Positions 61,386 through 64,000 of a stretch of DNA of 64,000 bases are shown in pieces. The stretch's first letter is position 1, and each line of letters opens with the position of its first letter. The notes under the pieces are model-generated. The model did no database searches, was not told the origin of the DNA, and saw nothing but the letters and a program-made list of their open reading frames with translations. A program made the translations under genes and the position numbers. This DNA is from Candidatus Eiseniibacteriota bacterium (GTDB lineage Bacteria; Eisenbacteria; RBG-16-71-46), in NCBI GenBank assembly GCA_031370785.1, contig JANMQY010000042.1:1-64000 (forward strand), written 5' to 3'.

Positions 61386-62135
61386 TCAGCGCGCCAGACG
61401 CGCCATCACATCGTCGGCGATGCTGAAATTCGCATACACCTTCTGGACGTCGTCGTTGTCTTCGAGCGCATCCATCAGCCGCAGCACCGCCTCGGCCTCC
61501 TTCTCGGAGACCGGAACCTCGATCGACGCGATCTTGGTCTGCTCGGCGCTGTGCACCGCGACGCCCTTCGCCGCGAGGGCATCCTTGACCGCCTCGAACT
61601 TCGAGGGCGCGGTGAGCACTTCGAAGTGCTCGCCCTCGGTGTTGACGTCATCCGCTCCGGCGTCGAGCGCCAGCTCGATCAGCACGTCCTCGGCAATGGC
61701 CGTCCGATCCACGACGATGAGCCCGCGCGGCTTGAACAGGTACGAGACGCTGCCGGCCTCGCCCATGTTGCCGCCGTGCTTGGTCAGGATGTGGCGGATG
61801 TCTCCGGCCGTGCGATTGCGGTTGTCGGTGGCGATCTCGACCAGGAGCGCCACGCCGCCCGGCGCGTAACCTTCGTACTGCGTCTCCTCGTACATCACGC
61901 CGTCCACCTCGCCGCTGCCGCGCTTGATCGCCCGCTCGATGTTGTTCGCGGGCATGTTCAACGACTTCGCGGTCGCCACCGCGGTGCGCAGGCGGGGATT
62001 GGTCTCGACGTCACCGCCGCCGTGGCGCGCGGCGATGGTGATCTCCTTGATGTACTTGGAAAACATCTTGCCACGAGCCTGATCGGTCGCGGCCTTCTTG
62101 CGCTTGATGGTCGCCCATTTGGAATGTCCGGACAT
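61386..62135 (-). CDS. yebC: YebC/PmpR family protein
   Basis: MSGHSKW, NPRL, YEGY, TDNRNRT, DDVQKVY. Confidence 0.97.
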   Translation of the reverse strand: MSGHSKWATIKRKKAATDQARGKMFSKYIKEITIAARHGGGDVETNPRLRTAVATAKSLNMPANNIERAIKRGSGEVDGVMYEETQYEGYAPGGVALLVEIATDNRNRTAGDIRHILTKHGGNMGEAGSVSYLFKPRGLIVVDRTAIAEDVLIELALDAGADDVNTEGEHFEVLTAPSKFEAVKDALAAKGVAVHSAEQTKIASIEVPVSEKEAEAVLRLMDALEDNDDVQKVYANFSIADDVMARLAR

Positions 62136-62153
62136 GATGATCGGGGAGCAGGC

Positions 62154-64000
62154 CTACGACGCGTGCGCCCCCGCCTCCTTCTCGGCCTTCGCCGCGGTGA
62201 TCACGCGCTCAGCAAGCTCGCGGGGAACCTCCTCGTAATGGGCGAAGTGCGATGCATGCGTGCCGCGCCCCTGAGTCAGCGAGCGCAGATGCGTCGCGTA
62301 CTTGTACATTTCGGCCGAAGGGACCATCGCGCGGATCATCTGATGGTGGCCGTCGGCCTCGGTGCCGAGGATCTTGCCTCGGCGTGACGAGAGGTCGCCC
62401 ATGACGTCTCCGAGGAACTCCTCGGGAACCCGGACGGTGATCTCGTCGATCGGCTCGAGCAGCACCGGACTGGCCTTGAGCATCACCTGATGGAAGCAGA
62501 TCTCGGCCGCGATCTTGAAGGCCATCTCGGAAGAGTCCACGTCGTGGTGCTTGCCGAAGAACAGCGCCACCTGGACGTCGACGACCGGGCAGCCGGCGAG
62601 CGGGCCGCGATCCATCCCCGCGATCACGCCCTTCTCGACCGCGGGGATGTACTGGTTGGGAACGACGCCGCCCTTGACCTCATCCACAAAGCGGAATCCG
62701 TCTCCGCGCCTGACCGGTTCGATACGCAGATGAACCTCTCCGAACTGCCCGCGACCGCCCGACTGCTTCTTGTGGCGGTACTCGTCCTGAGCCTTGCCGC
62801 GCACGGTCTCGCGGTAAGGCACGTGCGGCCGGGTGAGCAGCACCTCGACCCCGAAGCGCTTCTTGAGCCGCTCGACCATGATCTCGAGGTGCAGATCGCC
62901 CATGCCGTATACCAGCGATTCGCGCGTACTGGGCTCGTAACGGCGGCTGAGGGTGGGATCCTCTTCATGCAGGCGCGCGAGCCCCTGGGCCATCTTCTCT
63001 TCGTCGCCCTTGTTCTTCGCGTGGATGCACTCCGCCGTCACCGGCCCCGGGAAGTCTGGAGGGGCAAGGCGCACCGGGCGCACGCGGTCGGCAAGCGTGT
63101 CGCCGGTATGGGTCTCGCGGAGCTTGACCGCCGCGACGATGTCCCCGGCCGCCGCGCTCTTGCACTCCACCCGCTCCTTGCCCACGAGATGGTAGAGCGT
63201 GCCGATCTTCTCGCTGCGATTGCGTGAAGTGTTGACCAGCTCACGGCCCGCCTCGAGCCGGCCGGAGAAAATGCGGATCAGCGAGAGGTCGCCGAGATGC
63301 TGCTCGGAGAGCGTCTTGAACACGACCGACGCGGTTGGCTGCCCGACATCGGGAACGCAGGTCACGCCGGCATCGCCGTTCGCGCCAAGGCTGACCTGCG
63401 GCTTCACCATCAGCGGTGACGGCAGCACGTCGACGACCTCGTCCAGCACTTCCTTCACGCCCTGATTGTGGTATGCCGAGCAACAGAACACCGGCATCAG
63501 ATCACCCTGCACCACGCGCTCGCAGAGTCCCTTGCGGATCTCGGCCTCGCTGAGCGGGCCCTGATCGAACTTGAGCAAGAGATCCTCGTCGCCCATGGCC
63601 GCCTCTTCCATCAGCCGGTTGCGCGCCTCGGCGACCGCGGCCGTCATTTCGGGCGGAATCGGGATCTCCGAGCTCTTTTCTTCCATGCCCTTCCCGCTGA
63701 ATGCGTACGCCTTGTTCTCGATCAGGTCGACGATGCCGTGGAAGTTCTCGGCCTGCCCGATCGGCAGCTGGGCGGGCACGGCATTGAGTCCGAGTCGGTC
63801 GTGCAGCGAGCGTACGGCGTTGCCGAAGTCCGCATGCTCCTTGTCCATCATGTTGACGACGACCAGGGTGGGCGTTTTCTCTTGCTTGATCACTTCCCAC
63901 ACGACTTCGGTGCCCACCTCGACGCCGGCGTTGGCGCGCAGCATCAGGATCGCGGAATCCGCGACGCGCAGCGCGCTGTAGACGTCTCCCACGAAGTCGG
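62154..64000 (-). CDS. Elongation factor G-like protein (EF-G2 type), 5' truncated by the window edge
   Basis: EEDP, GMGDLHL, PYRET, KKQSGGRGQFG, HDVDSS, LLEPI; divergent G4 (NMMD); 3' neighbours are not ribosomal genes. Confidence 0.88.
   Translation of the reverse strand, partial: DFVGDVYSALRVADSAILMLRANAGVEVGTEVVWEVIKQEKTPTLVVVNMMDKEHADFGNAVRSLHDRLGLNAVPAQLPIGQAENFHGIVDLIENKAYAFSGKGMEEKSSEIPIPPEMTAAVAEARNRLMEEAAMGDEDLLLKFDQGPLSEAEIRKGLCERVVQGDLMPVFCCSAYHNQGVKEVLDEVVDVLPSPLMVKPQVSLGANGDAGVTCVPDVGQPTASVVFKTLSEQHLGDLSLIRIFSGRLEAGRELVNTSRNRSEKIGTLYHLVGKERVECKSAAAGDIVAAVKLRETHTGDTLADRVRPVRLAPPDFPGPVTAECIHAKNKGDEEKMAQGLARLHEEDPTLSRRYEPSTRESLVYGMGDLHLEIMVERLKKRFGVEVLLTRPHVPYRETVRGKAQDEYRHKKQSGGRGQFGEVHLRIEPVRRGDGFRFVDEVKGGVVPNQYIPAVEKGVIAGMDRGPLAGCPVVDVQVALFFGKHHDVDSSEMAFKIAAEICFHQVMLKASPVLLEPIDEITVRVPEEFLGDVMGDLSSRRGKILGTEADGHHQMIRAMVPSAEMYKYATHLRSLTQGRGTHASHFAHYEEVPRELAERVITAAKAEKEAGAHAS

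Overview
High-GC (about 70% by eye) bacterial chromosomal window from a diderm; lineage cannot be fixed from sequence alone. No integrase, transposase, phage gene or CRISPR array is visible. (1) An 18-gene minus-strand run (479-18986, no gap over 14 bp) starts at a sigma70-type promoter and FMN riboswitch, passes through ribD-ribE-ribBA-ribH-nusB and a metallophosphoesterase, and continues into a 12-gene glycosylation cluster. That cluster holds a TMEM260/DUF2723-type GT-C enzyme with TPRs, a second GT-C, a polyprenol-phosphate GT2, a flippase-like protein, an HddA/HddC-like kinase and nucleotidyltransferase, an epimerase, GT4s, a GT2 and two methyltransferases. (2) A housekeeping block: divergent ychF, tRNA-Lys, purA, serA-like, class V aminotransferase, lon, clpX, clpP, tig, tRNA-Leu. 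(3) A mixed region: ApgM-type mutase, acyl-CoA enzymes, leuA/leuB-like genes, mgtC, RsbU-like phosphatase, mtgA, prolyl oligopeptidase and a carboxyltransferase. It also contains a stand-alone STT3/PglB-like protein with altered catalytic motifs (LWEYG, RYD) and a processive GT2 plus beta-barrel pair. (4) queA-ruvB-ruvA-ruvC-yebC and a partial EF-G-like gene. The best candidates for an undescribed system are the lipid-linked protein-glycosylation machineries. Starts were re-called by hand using stop/start overlaps and RBSs. Family calls rest on motif recognition, not database searches.
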